DNA from: Spirochaetota bacterium
GTDB taxonomy: Bacteria > Spirochaetota > UBA6919 > CBDBPB01
Reading direction: 5' to 3'
DNA length: 64,000 nt
NCBI GenBank assembly: GCA_965208615.1
Contig: CBDBPB010000008.1
Span: 78,331-142,330 of the forward strand
Shown here one piece after another: positions 18,356-28,729 of the stretch. Within the stretch, counting starts at the first letter, position 1; each line of letters opens with the position of its first letter. Position numbers and translations under genes: made by a program. The notes beneath the pieces are model-generated. The model searched no databases. It saw nothing but the letters and a program-made list of their open reading frames with translations, and had not been told where the DNA came from.

Positions 18356-20734
18356 TTATTTAATCTTTTTATCTTCTGACTTGCCATCCTTTTTATCAGC
18401 TTTGTCAGTGCCAAGACTATATTTAACAACTCTATGGTTACCTTTGTCTGCAATATAAATACCATTTTTGTTTGCTATTATATCCCAGGGATAAAATAGC
18501 TTATCTATGTCCCAGCCAACCCCACCAATAGTACCAATCAAATTATTATTATTATAAACCAATATTCTATGGTTATAGGTATCGGATATAAATAAATGAC
18601 CATTATAATAGGCAATCCCCTTTGCATAACCCATAAAGCTATTACTAGCCTTTTCAATATTAACTTCTGACTCATAAATCCCATGAGAATTAAACTTTAG
18701 TATTTTATTCTCAGCTAATATATAAACCTCATTATTTGGGCTTACAGCTATATCCTGGGGATAAATAATGTTATTTTCCTTATCTTTTATATAAAAACTC
18801 TTTGTCATACTACCATTTGAGTTAAACCCTACTACCCTATGATTCTCTTTATCAAGAACATATACTTTATTATTTGAGGATGCAAGCTGTATAGGTTGAT
18901 TTAGCTCTCCCAGCTCTTTACCTCGATAACTATGGCGATTATATTTTGAGTTACCATAAAAAAACATAAGGGAACTCTTTTTGGTATCAGATACAAAAAC
19001 ATCCCTAGGACCAACAGATGTAATACCTCTTAATGATAAGCTTAAGTCAGCCTTTGACAAATACTTTATGCTTGTCTTTGCTGAATCAGTATTAGCATTC
19101 TCAATAAGATAAAGTCCTGTATTACCTGTTACAATATTAAGGCGTCCAAGACCATCCACAGCTATGGATAAAGGAGAGTCAAACTCCTTTTCGCTGTGAG
19201 AAAACGAACTTAGTACCTTAATAAGCCTGCCATCAAGATGATAAAGACGAATATGACTATTATTATCATAAGCAACAGCTAATATGCCAGTAGAACTAAC
19301 TTTCATAAAACTAGGATTACCGCGTCTCGTAAGTATATTACCAGCAAAATACCTTATGAACTTGCCCTTTTTAGTATATATACCAATTTTTTTAGTTTTA
19401 GAGTTTAATATATAAATTCTATCGCCTATAGCTGATATTGACTTGGGATACTCCTTTTTAATACCATGATAGGTGGATATACTACGGTTTTTAGTCATTT
19501 TTTGAATACTATTTTTTGTAATCCAAAAAAGCTTATTGTTATTAAAGTCGCTATCGATTATATCTAAAGACAGGCCTTCACCATCCCTTCTTACTAACAT
19601 TTGGCTAATTAAGCCGTCAGTCTTTTTTTGCAATGAAACATGAAAAAGCCTATTAGTATCCGATGTAATAAAAACCTCATTGCCATAAGTCATAATCTTC
19701 TTTGGCTTAATATATTTTAGTATATTGGAATAGTTATACTTTTTGACTATTTTAAGATTTCTATTTAATACTAAAATACTTTTTAATCCACTATCCAAAA
19801 CGTATACCTGACCAGACTTATTTACCGCAAGACTTATGGGATTATCAATAAGAGGTTTATTAATCTTTATAATATTATTTACATCACCTTTATGTATATC
19901 TTTTTTATTATCAGGTTTTATAAAATGCTCTGTTAGGCCTGATAGTACTATTTTTCTAATTTCTTTATAGCCTTCATCTATTATGTATAGGTTATTATCT
20001 TGATCAAAAGCCATATCCTTAATGGAGCCAAAATGATAATATGGATTGCCTCCATATTGCTGAGTAGGCTTTATAGAGTCTAGTGAAAAGTTTTCTTTTT
20101 TGCTTTCAGAGTTATTAGTATCCTTTTTGTTAGGGGGCTTATTATTTTTTATATTTACAGATAACTCATCTCTAATTAAAGGTTTAACCCTGTTTATTGG
20201 AACTATAACAAAGTTATTATTATAGGATGTTAATATACCTATAATATGTTTGTTTACATTTAATACAGGTTTGCCAATATCGGCTTTGTTATACCTAATG
20301 TTGGGGATGAAGCATGGATAGTAATATTCATTAAAGTTATTTAGCTTAAACAATACTTTAGCTTTTTTATAGTTCTTACCAGCCGCTACCGGAATATATA
20401 TTTTATCCCCTATATCAACGGTATCAGAGTCCCCTAGCGTATAAGGCTTGTCTGACTCCTTAGTTTTAAGTATGGAATAGCCCTCAAGGAGTTTATTACT
20501 TATAACATAAGCCTCTTGACTAACATTCCTTGACATAACTATATTACCAATAGTTATACCCTTAGTAATAGTTGAATCTGTTATAAAATGTCCTTTATTA
20601 CTAATAAAAAAGCCATACCTACTTCCATTGGCAGTCTTTATTTTATAAGCAGTCCCTTTAGCACTTATCTGCATAGGAATAAACAATAAAATATATATAA
20701 ACAATATAAATTTTAATTTCATACTTAACCTCAT
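18356..20734 (-). CDS. Exported protein: degenerate trypsin-like domain + NHL beta-propeller repeats
   Basis: Signal peptide; GFFISNKGHFIT, LGDSDTVDIGD and GKPVLN...IIGI (trypsin-2-like); NHL motifs YVLDKENHRV, ISDTYNHRI and IADKGNHRV. Confidence 0.75.
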   Translation of the reverse strand: MRLSMKLKFILFIYILLFIPMQISAKGTAYKIKTANGSRYGFFISNKGHFITDSTITKGITIGNIVMSRNVSQEAYVISNKLLEGYSILKTKESDKPYTLGDSDTVDIGDKIYIPVAAGKNYKKAKVLFKLNNFNEYYYPCFIPNIRYNKADIGKPVLNVNKHIIGILTSYNNNFVIVPINRVKPLIRDELSVNIKNNKPPNKKDTNNSESKKENFSLDSIKPTQQYGGNPYYHFGSIKDMAFDQDNNLYIIDEGYKEIRKIVLSGLTEHFIKPDNKKDIHKGDVNNIIKINKPLIDNPISLAVNKSGQVYVLDSGLKSILVLNRNLKIVKKYNYSNILKYIKPKKIMTYGNEVFITSDTNRLFHVSLQKKTDGLISQMLVRRDGEGLSLDIIDSDFNNNKLFWITKNSIQKMTKNRSISTYHGIKKEYPKSISAIGDRIYILNSKTKKIGIYTKKGKFIRYFAGNILTRRGNPSFMKVSSTGILAVAYDNNSHIRLYHLDGRLIKVLSSFSHSEKEFDSPLSIAVDGLGRLNIVTGNTGLYLIENANTDSAKTSIKYLSKADLSLSLRGITSVGPRDVFVSDTKKSSLMFFYGNSKYNRHSYRGKELGELNQPIQLASSNNKVYVLDKENHRVVGFNSNGSMTKSFYIKDKENNIIYPQDIAVSPNNEVYILAENKILKFNSHGIYESEVNIEKASNSFMGYAKGIAYYNGHLFISDTYNHRILVYNNNNLIGTIGGVGWDIDKLFYPWDIIANKNGIYIADKGNHRVVKYSLGTDKADKKDGKSEDKKIK

Positions 20735-21222
20735 ACATACAACTCAAAATACTTGCAATTAATATATAATAAAATATAGCTTTATTAAAATGCTATACGT
20801 GAACTTAATATTTAGCTGTAAATTACAAACGTAATACCTTTTAATATCGATAGATATAGGCTTAAAATTAAGTTTTATATACAAATGTACTTAAATTAAG
20901 TTATCTATAAAGGAACTTATTAGTTTTTTTATTGAAAAAAACGTCTTATACATATTATCATAAAAACAGGTAATAACAAACTACGATTTACAAAGAAAAC
21001 AGCTTTTATTTTAACGGCTTTTTTTGATTTTATAAAAAGCGATATACTTAATTATTAACTTTATTATATATTGATATAATATTCAGATAGGGCAGATTAT
21101 TGCCTTAATTTTGTTTAGATAAATAACTGCTGATAAACCTTTTTTAACATATTTAATAAGCTGAAAATTGTATTAATAATAAAGTTAAATTATATTAATG
21201 TATAATTTTATCTATAAGTGCC

Positions 21223-24200
21223 TTGGATTATAAAATGAAACAAAAATGGACTAAAGCTATATATATTCCCTATGAGCTAAACAAACTTAGCGTATTACTA
21301 AAGTGGGAGATTGTTTTACTAGTTTTTAGCTTTCTTTTGGTTGATGTATTAATAATAATAAAATATAGTGAATTTGCGTTAACAATTAAGGATAAGCATG
21401 CTCTTATTTTGGACTGGATTAAAACTACTTTAGAAAAGGACTTCAAAAAAAGTGATCTTATGGTTTTTGTTGGAGTTATAGTTTTTACTCCCTTAGTTTT
21501 ATTTTTTATTACAAGGTATTTGATAGGACTATTAGAGAATGTTAAAAAAAGCAGTCTTAACTATATTACTATTCAGATCATTGTTAGTGGTATAGCCACT
21601 ATTAGTATGGCTTTTTATATTATTATAGTTCCCCATAGTATTATTACTATATCTATACTTATTTTTATAGTTATAACTTGCACTTCTATAAACACTCTAA
21701 AAATATTAGCTCTACATAAGGCTAAGGGAGCTAATATAATATGGACTAATACAAAAAGGAGATATAATAAGTTTAGTTTTAAGACGGTTTTTGAAAGTGA
21801 TATTGTTATTAACTTTTATTTATTTTTCTTTTTATTCCTAGCCCACCTTACTATTATATTCGGTCTTTTATCGAAAAACTTGGAGCATAATGTTAATTTA
21901 ACTTCCATGCTACCGGATGACTCTCCTAGTGTTATCGGATTAGAAAGCATTAAACAATATTCTTCTGGATATCTAATGATAGTTATAGAGACTGATGAAG
22001 GGAAAACAGAAAGACATACTTTTGAAAAGGAAAATAATATAAAGCTAATAGATGAATATATTTACCTTACTGATAGTGAAAAAAGGCTTATTAAAAACAA
22101 TAAAAAACACTATAAGTATTATAGCCGTATAGATGAGGATGGTAGGGTTATTGCAAATGATGAAAAGCTTATTAAAGAAACCTATTACTATCCTATAAAG
22201 GCTAGTAAACATAGAAAAAATAGGATAGTATGGGAGGCTAATTTAACTAAAACCAAATTATTTATTGACAAGCTGGTAAATAGGTTAGAAGGTTTACCTG
22301 AGGTTTTATGGTGCGAATATAAAAAGCCTGTTAGTTTTTTTAAAAAGAACCAAATACTATTTTTTGATATTGGTGATATTGCATTAATTTATAGTCGTCT
22401 AAAGGAAGCTTTATTTGATAAAACAAAGGCTGTAAGTAGGTTTAATGATATATTAGTTAAATATAACAATCCAAGGCTTTATAGTAATAGGAGTGGATAT
22501 TTATTAAAAGGGAATAAGATGTTTGTTATTATGATTAAGCCTTCTGGAGATTATCGTGATATCAATTTCTTACAGATGTTTTATAATAAGGTTAAAGATC
22601 GGGTTACATTGGCTAAGAAGGAGTTAAATAATAAGGATAAGCCAAATATTAAAATTGCTTATGGGGGACAGTATAAACGAAAATATGATTTTAATATTAT
22701 TATGGAAAAAGATAGAAGGCTTATTTATCTTATAGTTCCTTTAATGATTATAGGGATAATTACTATATACTTTAGAAAGATAATTGTAGCTTTTATTATT
22801 GCCATTCCATTATTTATGACTATAATATGGCTCTTTGGGATTGCTTATTTATTCTTTGGATATTTTAATATATTGTCTAGTTTTTGGTTTGTTATGCTAA
22901 TGGTATTGGGAGCTTGTTTTGGAGTTAATTTTTTATCGGAGTATTTCAAGGGGATTAGGGAGGATAATTCTATTACCAATAGTTTATATATAATGCTAAA
23001 AGAGACCAGAAAGATAAACCTTATAACACTTTATACTTTTATAGCTATATTAGTTGTATTATTTTTTAGCAAGGTTAAGGGTTATAGTGAGTTTGCCATA
23101 ATTGGAATCACTGCTGGTGTTATATGCTACGGTATTATGTATTATGTTATTCCCATTATTATTATAATAGAGAATAAGATTAGCTCATACATTAAGTTAT
23201 ACGTTAAGCCATATATTATCAACTTATTTTATAGAAAAGGCTTAAACTATAAATACTTAATAATAGCCGCTAAGTGGACTACCTTAGTATTTTTTCTAAT
23301 CAACTTTTATTTGATTTACCATTTTTTTAATGCTAACCATTTATTCTTACTAATACCGGTTTATTTATTTATATTACCTTACTTAGCTATACTAAAAGGA
23401 ATAATAATACTATTGTCATGGGTTAATTATAAGTATGATAACTTATTAGAAAGCATTTTTAAAAAACCTAGTTTAGTTCTATCGGTTATTGGTATTCTTA
23501 TAGTGTTGTCTTTTATTATGGCTAATAAAGCTAAATTTGAGTATAACATTATAAAAGTAAATGAAATGAATATGGATTCTTATCTTATCGAAGAAAAAGT
23601 TAAAGGTCAGTTTAACCTATCAACAAGTCCAACAGTTATTACAGCCAATAATGAGGATATAAAAAAGTTATACAATATACTAAATAGAAGGCTAAGAGAA
23701 GGACAAACAACTAATATTGCCTTGCTTGATAATATATATTCCTATATACCAACTAATAAAGTGGAAAAGATTATACTCATTAACGAGATAAAAAAGCTCA
23801 CTAATGAATTTAAAAAAAGTCTCATAAAAAAAGACATTAATAATAGTCATAAAAATATAGTGGATCAGATAGTTAATTTTGAAAATAAATATCTAAACAT
23901 TGATCCTGCATTACTATCCACAGGATTTACTAATAAATTTACGGGCTATAATCTAAAAACCAATAAGGGATTTATGTATATATACCCCACAAATGGTTTA
24001 ACAGATGATCCAATCAAGCTTAAGGCCTACCTAAAAGAGATAGGGAATATTAAACATATAGCTATAGGAGAAGATATTATCCTTAAAGAGTTACTTATTT
24101 CTTTGGAGAATGAGATTTTCTATATTACAGTCGGCATATTTATATTAGTTATTTTGGTGTTATATATAGGATTTAGAGATATTAATATAGTAGTTCTTAT

Positions 24201-24582
24201 AGTTGGCTCTTTATTAATAGGGGGTATATTTATGTTTGGTATTACAAATATACTTGGTATAGAGTTTAACTTGTTAAATATTATAGTATTGCCAATTATT
24301 ATTACTATTGGCCTTTATATTAACGTTAACCTAGGTTATAAGTATTATTTATCTGGTAATATACTAGATAGCCTATCTTATAATGCTAAAACTATTAGCA
24401 TTACTTTTTTAATATCGGCTTTTGCTTTTGGAGTCCTTTTATTTGCTGAGAGTAATAGTTTTAACACCATAGCCAGTATAGCTCTCATTGGAGTAATTAG
24501 CATATATATTAGTACGTTATTTTTTATACCTGCTATGGTTTTGCTATTAAAGGCTTTTAATAAGGATAAACCTATACTATAG
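21223..24582 (+). CDS. MMPL/HpnN-like RND-superfamily membrane protein
   Basis: Two TM bundles separated by large loops (LTSMLPDDSPSV, IAYGG, AIGED); extra N-terminal TM segments. Confidence 0.7.
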   Translation: MDYKMKQKWTKAIYIPYELNKLSVLLKWEIVLLVFSFLLVDVLIIIKYSEFALTIKDKHALILDWIKTTLEKDFKKSDLMVFVGVIVFTPLVLFFITRYLIGLLENVKKSSLNYITIQIIVSGIATISMAFYIIIVPHSIITISILIFIVITCTSINTLKILALHKAKGANIIWTNTKRRYNKFSFKTVFESDIVINFYLFFFLFLAHLTIIFGLLSKNLEHNVNLTSMLPDDSPSVIGLESIKQYSSGYLMIVIETDEGKTERHTFEKENNIKLIDEYIYLTDSEKRLIKNNKKHYKYYSRIDEDGRVIANDEKLIKETYYYPIKASKHRKNRIVWEANLTKTKLFIDKLVNRLEGLPEVLWCEYKKPVSFFKKNQILFFDIGDIALIYSRLKEALFDKTKAVSRFNDILVKYNNPRLYSNRSGYLLKGNKMFVIMIKPSGDYRDINFLQMFYNKVKDRVTLAKKELNNKDKPNIKIAYGGQYKRKYDFNIIMEKDRRLIYLIVPLMIIGIITIYFRKIIVAFIIAIPLFMTIIWLFGIAYLFFGYFNILSSFWFVMLMVLGACFGVNFLSEYFKGIREDNSITNSLYIMLKETRKINLITLYTFIAILVVLFFSKVKGYSEFAIIGITAGVICYGIMYYVIPIIIIIENKISSYIKLYVKPYIINLFYRKGLNYKYLIIAAKWTTLVFFLINFYLIYHFFNANHLFLLIPVYLFILPYLAILKGIIILLSWVNYKYDNLLESIFKKPSLVLSVIGILIVLSFIMANKAKFEYNIIKVNEMNMDSYLIEEKVKGQFNLSTSPTVITANNEDIKKLYNILNRRLREGQTTNIALLDNIYSYIPTNKVEKIILINEIKKLTNEFKKSLIKKDINNSHKNIVDQIVNFENKYLNIDPALLSTGFTNKFTGYNLKTNKGFMYIYPTNGLTDDPIKLKAYLKEIGNIKHIAIGEDIILKELLISLENEIFYITVGIFILVILVLYIGFRDINIVVLIVGSLLIGGIFMFGITNILGIEFNLLNIIVLPIIITIGLYINVNLGYKYYLSGNILDSLSYNAKTISITFLISAFAFGVLLFAESNSFNTIASIALIGVISIYISTLFFIPAMVLLLKAFNKDKPIL

Positions 24583-24707
24583 CTGCCTTACAAATATATT
24601 ATAAATAGTTAAGAAAAGTATTTTAGCGAGTAAGGAATTATGGCGATCATATTTTAATAATAACAAAAAGCTAGCGAATAGCGTATTCATAGAGTTAATC
24701 ACAAAAT

Positions 24708-26036
24708 ATGAATTATAAAAGTATGAATCATCAAAGAATGAAGCAGCTTTATTTAACATCCAAAAGACTTATCAAAAATGAGTACTTTTTAAGGGCTCTA
24801 AACATTTTAATTAAGATTTCCTTAGGCCTAAAGCTTTATAGAAGGCCTCCTTTTAAAAGGGATGATATATTAAATCTTGCCTCAATATGCTGTGAACAGC
24901 TTAATAGAAAGTCTATTAATGAAGAAGCCTTACTTGCTTATGGCGTTATATTAAGGAATGCCAATTCCATAGAAGAAAGCATTAAGGTTTTTGATAGTGT
25001 ATTAAGTACTAAGCCAAATAAAGAGGCCATTTTAGAAAAGGCTTGTTCTTTCGAAATAATAGGGGAAAATAAAAAAGCTTGTTCGTTATTGTTGAAGGCA
25101 TTAAAGATTTATCCATTTGATAAGATGGTTTTAAACAACTTGGCAACATTATATGAAAACGAAGGTAATTTAGACCTTGCATTAAACTATTATAACTTAG
25201 CTCTAGACGTTGACAAGACGGCTGGAATAACCTATTATAATAAAGGTAGGGTATTATACATCCTTGATCAGTTTGATGAGGCACTATCCCATTTTAAAAC
25301 GGCAATACAATTGTATGACAAAAGCGATGTTAGAATTGTGGATGTTTATATTTTTTTAGGAGACTCTCAATTTAACTTAAACCAGTATAAGCTGGCTGAG
25401 GGAACTTATAAAGAGATTATTAGTTTATTCCCTAAAAGGGGTGAAGGATATTTTAGTCTAGGGGAGTTTTATTTTAATATAGGAAAGGTAATACAGGCTC
25501 TAAACTTGATTGATAAAGCTATTAGATATTCTCCACCCAATTGTAATTATTATCATAAAAAAGCACTTTTATTAGTACATTTAAATATGGGTGAAAAGGC
25601 TATTAGCATAATAGAAAAGGCATTTAACTACTTTCCTGATGACGTTGGACTATTAGATTTATACGGTGAAATTAATTTATCCTGCGCTAACTATAATAAG
25701 GCAATTTATTCTTTTAGTAAAAGGCTGGATATTGAAGCTGATAATGAAAGATTATATCTTCTTGCTATATCTTATTTTCATATAGAGGATTACAGTAGCT
25801 CTCTTTATTTTGTTAACCAGTTTATTGTTGAAAACAAAAGCTTTGTGGATGCATATATACTAAGGGCAAAGATAAATGCTATTACTGGTTATTATCACCT
25901 TGCTATGGCTGATTTATATAAGGTTTTGCAGATCGATAGTGAAAAACTTTATTTAGATGATAGCGACTGGTATTACTTTGAAGATCTCTTACACATTGAG
26001 GAATATCAAAAGTTTATAAAAAAAGTTAGAAGATAA
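24708..26036 (+). CDS. Tetratricopeptide repeat protein
   Basis: Repeated TPR motifs (LNNLATLY, YYNKGRVL, YFSLGEFY). Confidence 0.85.
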   Translation: MNYKSMNHQRMKQLYLTSKRLIKNEYFLRALNILIKISLGLKLYRRPPFKRDDILNLASICCEQLNRKSINEEALLAYGVILRNANSIEESIKVFDSVLSTKPNKEAILEKACSFEIIGENKKACSLLLKALKIYPFDKMVLNNLATLYENEGNLDLALNYYNLALDVDKTAGITYYNKGRVLYILDQFDEALSHFKTAIQLYDKSDVRIVDVYIFLGDSQFNLNQYKLAEGTYKEIISLFPKRGEGYFSLGEFYFNIGKVIQALNLIDKAIRYSPPNCNYYHKKALLLVHLNMGEKAISIIEKAFNYFPDDVGLLDLYGEINLSCANYNKAIYSFSKRLDIEADNERLYLLAISYFHIEDYSSSLYFVNQFIVENKSFVDAYILRAKINAITGYYHLAMADLYKVLQIDSEKLYLDDSDWYYFEDLLHIEEYQKFIKKVRR

Positions 26037-26151
26037 AATATTCTATTTTAAAATAAGCCTACTTTTCTATTTTCCTACTTTAGTTTTTCATTCTTTATTA
26101 TTTAATCCTTTTATACGGGTGTTAGTTAGTTTTGTAATTAGGTTTTTAGTT

Positions 26152-26988
26152 ATGGCTAACAGCTATTATTATTTGGTATCAGGTTTAGCGGATATTACTA
26201 TTAATGATAATAAGCTTTTGTTTAGTCAGACCAGCTTTAGGGATGACATTAGGGATAAGATAGCTCTTAGGGACTATATTTTAGTTGAGAGTTTATTTTT
26301 AGTTTATGACAATGAAAATCTTATTAGCCTGCTTAAGGATGAGGATACTTTTAACAATAAAGGCAACTATACAAAAGACTTTATAGATAGTGCTATACGC
26401 TATGATAGCGGTTTACCTGATTATATGAGGACTTTTATTCATCTTTTTAGGAATGCAGATTTTAAATATGATGGTATTAGCTGGGAGGTTCAGTTAGCTA
26501 GTTTGTATTATGAGCATGTTTTATCACTGGATAATGATTTTCTTAAAAGGTGGTTTTTATTTGAGTTATCCCTTAACAATATTATTTCTGCACTCAACTG
26601 TCGTAAACACGGATATAATCCAAAGAAAGAGTTAGTATATGTAGAAGGTAATGTTATTTACGACAGTATTATTAATAAATACAACACAAGGGATTTTGAT
26701 ATATCCAGGCATTTTCCTTTTATGGATAAGCTTATCAACTTGCATGAGCATAGTTATCTTTTGGAAAGGGAAAGAAAGGTTGATCTCTACAAATGGCAGA
26801 CTTTGGATGAGCTTGGATTATTTTACTACTTTACTATTGAGAGAATTTTAATATACATATTAAAGTTAAGGATAGTAGAGAGGTGGCTACAATTAGATAT
26901 ACTTTTTGCTAAAAAGGTGTTTAATAGTTTATTTAAAACTTTAGAAAAGGACTCTGAGTCATTGTATACTTATGTTGGTAAAGGGTAA
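26152..26988 (+). CDS. V-type ATPase subunit C-like (DUF2764)
   Basis: N-terminal YYYLVSGL, FLKRWFLFE, C-terminal ILKLRIVERW; directly upstream of subunit A. ATG at 26152 preferred over the GTG at 26119. Confidence 0.85.
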   Translation: MANSYYYLVSGLADITINDNKLLFSQTSFRDDIRDKIALRDYILVESLFLVYDNENLISLLKDEDTFNNKGNYTKDFIDSAIRYDSGLPDYMRTFIHLFRNADFKYDGISWEVQLASLYYEHVLSLDNDFLKRWFLFELSLNNIISALNCRKHGYNPKKELVYVEGNVIYDSIINKYNTRDFDISRHFPFMDKLINLHEHSYLLERERKVDLYKWQTLDELGLFYYFTIERILIYILKLRIVERWLQLDILFAKKVFNSLFKTLEKDSESLYTYVGKG

Positions 26989-28729
26989 AGTTTTTGGTAT
27001 TATAGCTAATTTGGTAATTGTGAAGATTTATGGTGATGTTGCTCAAAATGAGGTTTGTCATATTCACATTAACGATATTAGGCTATTGGCTGAGGTGATT
27101 AAGGTAATCGATGACAAGGCTTATGTACAGGTGTATGAGAGTACTGTAGGTCTTAGAGTTGGTGCTGAGGTATATTTTTCTGGTCACCTTATTGAGGTTA
27201 CTTTGGGACCAGGACTTTTGTCCAGGAATTATGATGGACTTCAAAATGACCTTAACAAAAGGGATGGGCTTTTTTTAAAAAGGGGAGAGCATGTTGACCC
27301 TTTAGACTATAATAAATTATGGACATATAATCCCATTGCTAAAAAAGGTGACTTCGTTTCTGCAGGAGACTGGATTGCTGAAGTAAAAGAAAATTGGATA
27401 TCCCATAAGATTATGGTTCCATTTAGCCTTAGTGATCGCTGGGTCATTAAGGATATTGTTAATTCTGGTGAATATAGTATTTCTGATACTGTTGCTATTC
27501 TTGCTAACAAGGATGGTAAAGAAGTTAATATTACTATGGCTCAAAACTGGCCTATTAAAAAGGCTATAAAGGCATATTCAGAGAAGATAAGGCCATATAG
27601 GCTTATGGAGACAGGCATTAGGATGATCGATATGATTAATCCTATGGCAGAAGGTGGTACTGGCTTTATACCAGGACCTTTTGGATGTGGTAAAACTGTT
27701 TTACAGCATAGCTTATCCAAACAAGCCAATGCGGATATGATTATTTTTGTTGCCTGTGGAGAAAGGGCTAATGAGATAGTGGATATTTTTTATAAATTAC
27801 CAAATCTTGATGACCCAAGGACTAATAGAAAGCTCTCTGAGAGAACAATAGTTATTTGTAATACATCTAATATGCCTGTGGCCGCAAGAGAAGCATCAGT
27901 TTATACCGGAATGACCATTGCTGAATATTATAGATCAATGGGACTTAAAGTATTACTCCTTGCTGATTCCACTTCCAGATGGGCACAAGCCTTACGAGAA
28001 ATGTCCAATAGAATGGAGGAGATACCAGGAGCTGATGCTTTTCCTGTAGATTTATCTACTATAATATCCAATTTTTACTCAAGGGCGGGTATTGTTCTCC
28101 TCAACAATAAGATGACTGGTTCTATAACCTTAATTGCTACTGTATCCCCAGCTGGAGGTAATCTTAAAGAGCCTGTTACTGAGGCTACAAAAAAGGCCAC
28201 TAAGTGTTATTATGCCTTATCACAGGATAGGGCGGATAGTAAAAGATATCCGGCATTAGACTACACTGAAAGCTACTCAAAGTATTTGGAATATAAGGAA
28301 ATTAGAGACTTTCTTTATTTTAATATATCACATTTATGGTTAGCGGGTGTTGAACATTTAAAAAATGTACTGGTTAGGGGGAGAGAGGCTTATGATCAGA
28401 TTAACATTTTAGGTGATGATGGTGTTCCATTGGATTATCATATAAGGTTTTGGCGGTCTGAGCTGATTGATTTTATAATTTTACAGCAGGATGCTTATGA
28501 TGAACAGGATTCCTCTACTCCTATAGAGAGGCAGAAATATATGTTAAATCTTGTTGTAGACTTATGCAAAACTAATTTTACCTTTGATAAATTTGAAGAG
28601 GTTAGAATATTTTTCAAAAGGCTTATAAATCAGCTTAAGCAAATGAATTATAGTATATTTAAGTCTGAGGGTTTTTATGTCTATGAAAGAGAGTTGGATA
28701 ATATTGTCTTAGAACGAAAGTTAACATGA
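26972..28729 (+). CDS. atpA: V/A-type ATP synthase subunit A
   Basis: GPFGCGKT Walker A, CGERANE, NTSNMPVAAREAS and DSTSRWAQALRE motifs. Confidence 0.97.
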   Translation: MLVKGKVFGIIANLVIVKIYGDVAQNEVCHIHINDIRLLAEVIKVIDDKAYVQVYESTVGLRVGAEVYFSGHLIEVTLGPGLLSRNYDGLQNDLNKRDGLFLKRGEHVDPLDYNKLWTYNPIAKKGDFVSAGDWIAEVKENWISHKIMVPFSLSDRWVIKDIVNSGEYSISDTVAILANKDGKEVNITMAQNWPIKKAIKAYSEKIRPYRLMETGIRMIDMINPMAEGGTGFIPGPFGCGKTVLQHSLSKQANADMIIFVACGERANEIVDIFYKLPNLDDPRTNRKLSERTIVICNTSNMPVAAREASVYTGMTIAEYYRSMGLKVLLLADSTSRWAQALREMSNRMEEIPGADAFPVDLSTIISNFYSRAGIVLLNNKMTGSITLIATVSPAGGNLKEPVTEATKKATKCYYALSQDRADSKRYPALDYTESYSKYLEYKEIRDFLYFNISHLWLAGVEHLKNVLVRGREAYDQINILGDDGVPLDYHIRFWRSELIDFIILQQDAYDEQDSSTPIERQKYMLNLVVDLCKTNFTFDKFEEVRIFFKRLINQLKQMNYSIFKSEGFYVYERELDNIVLERKLT

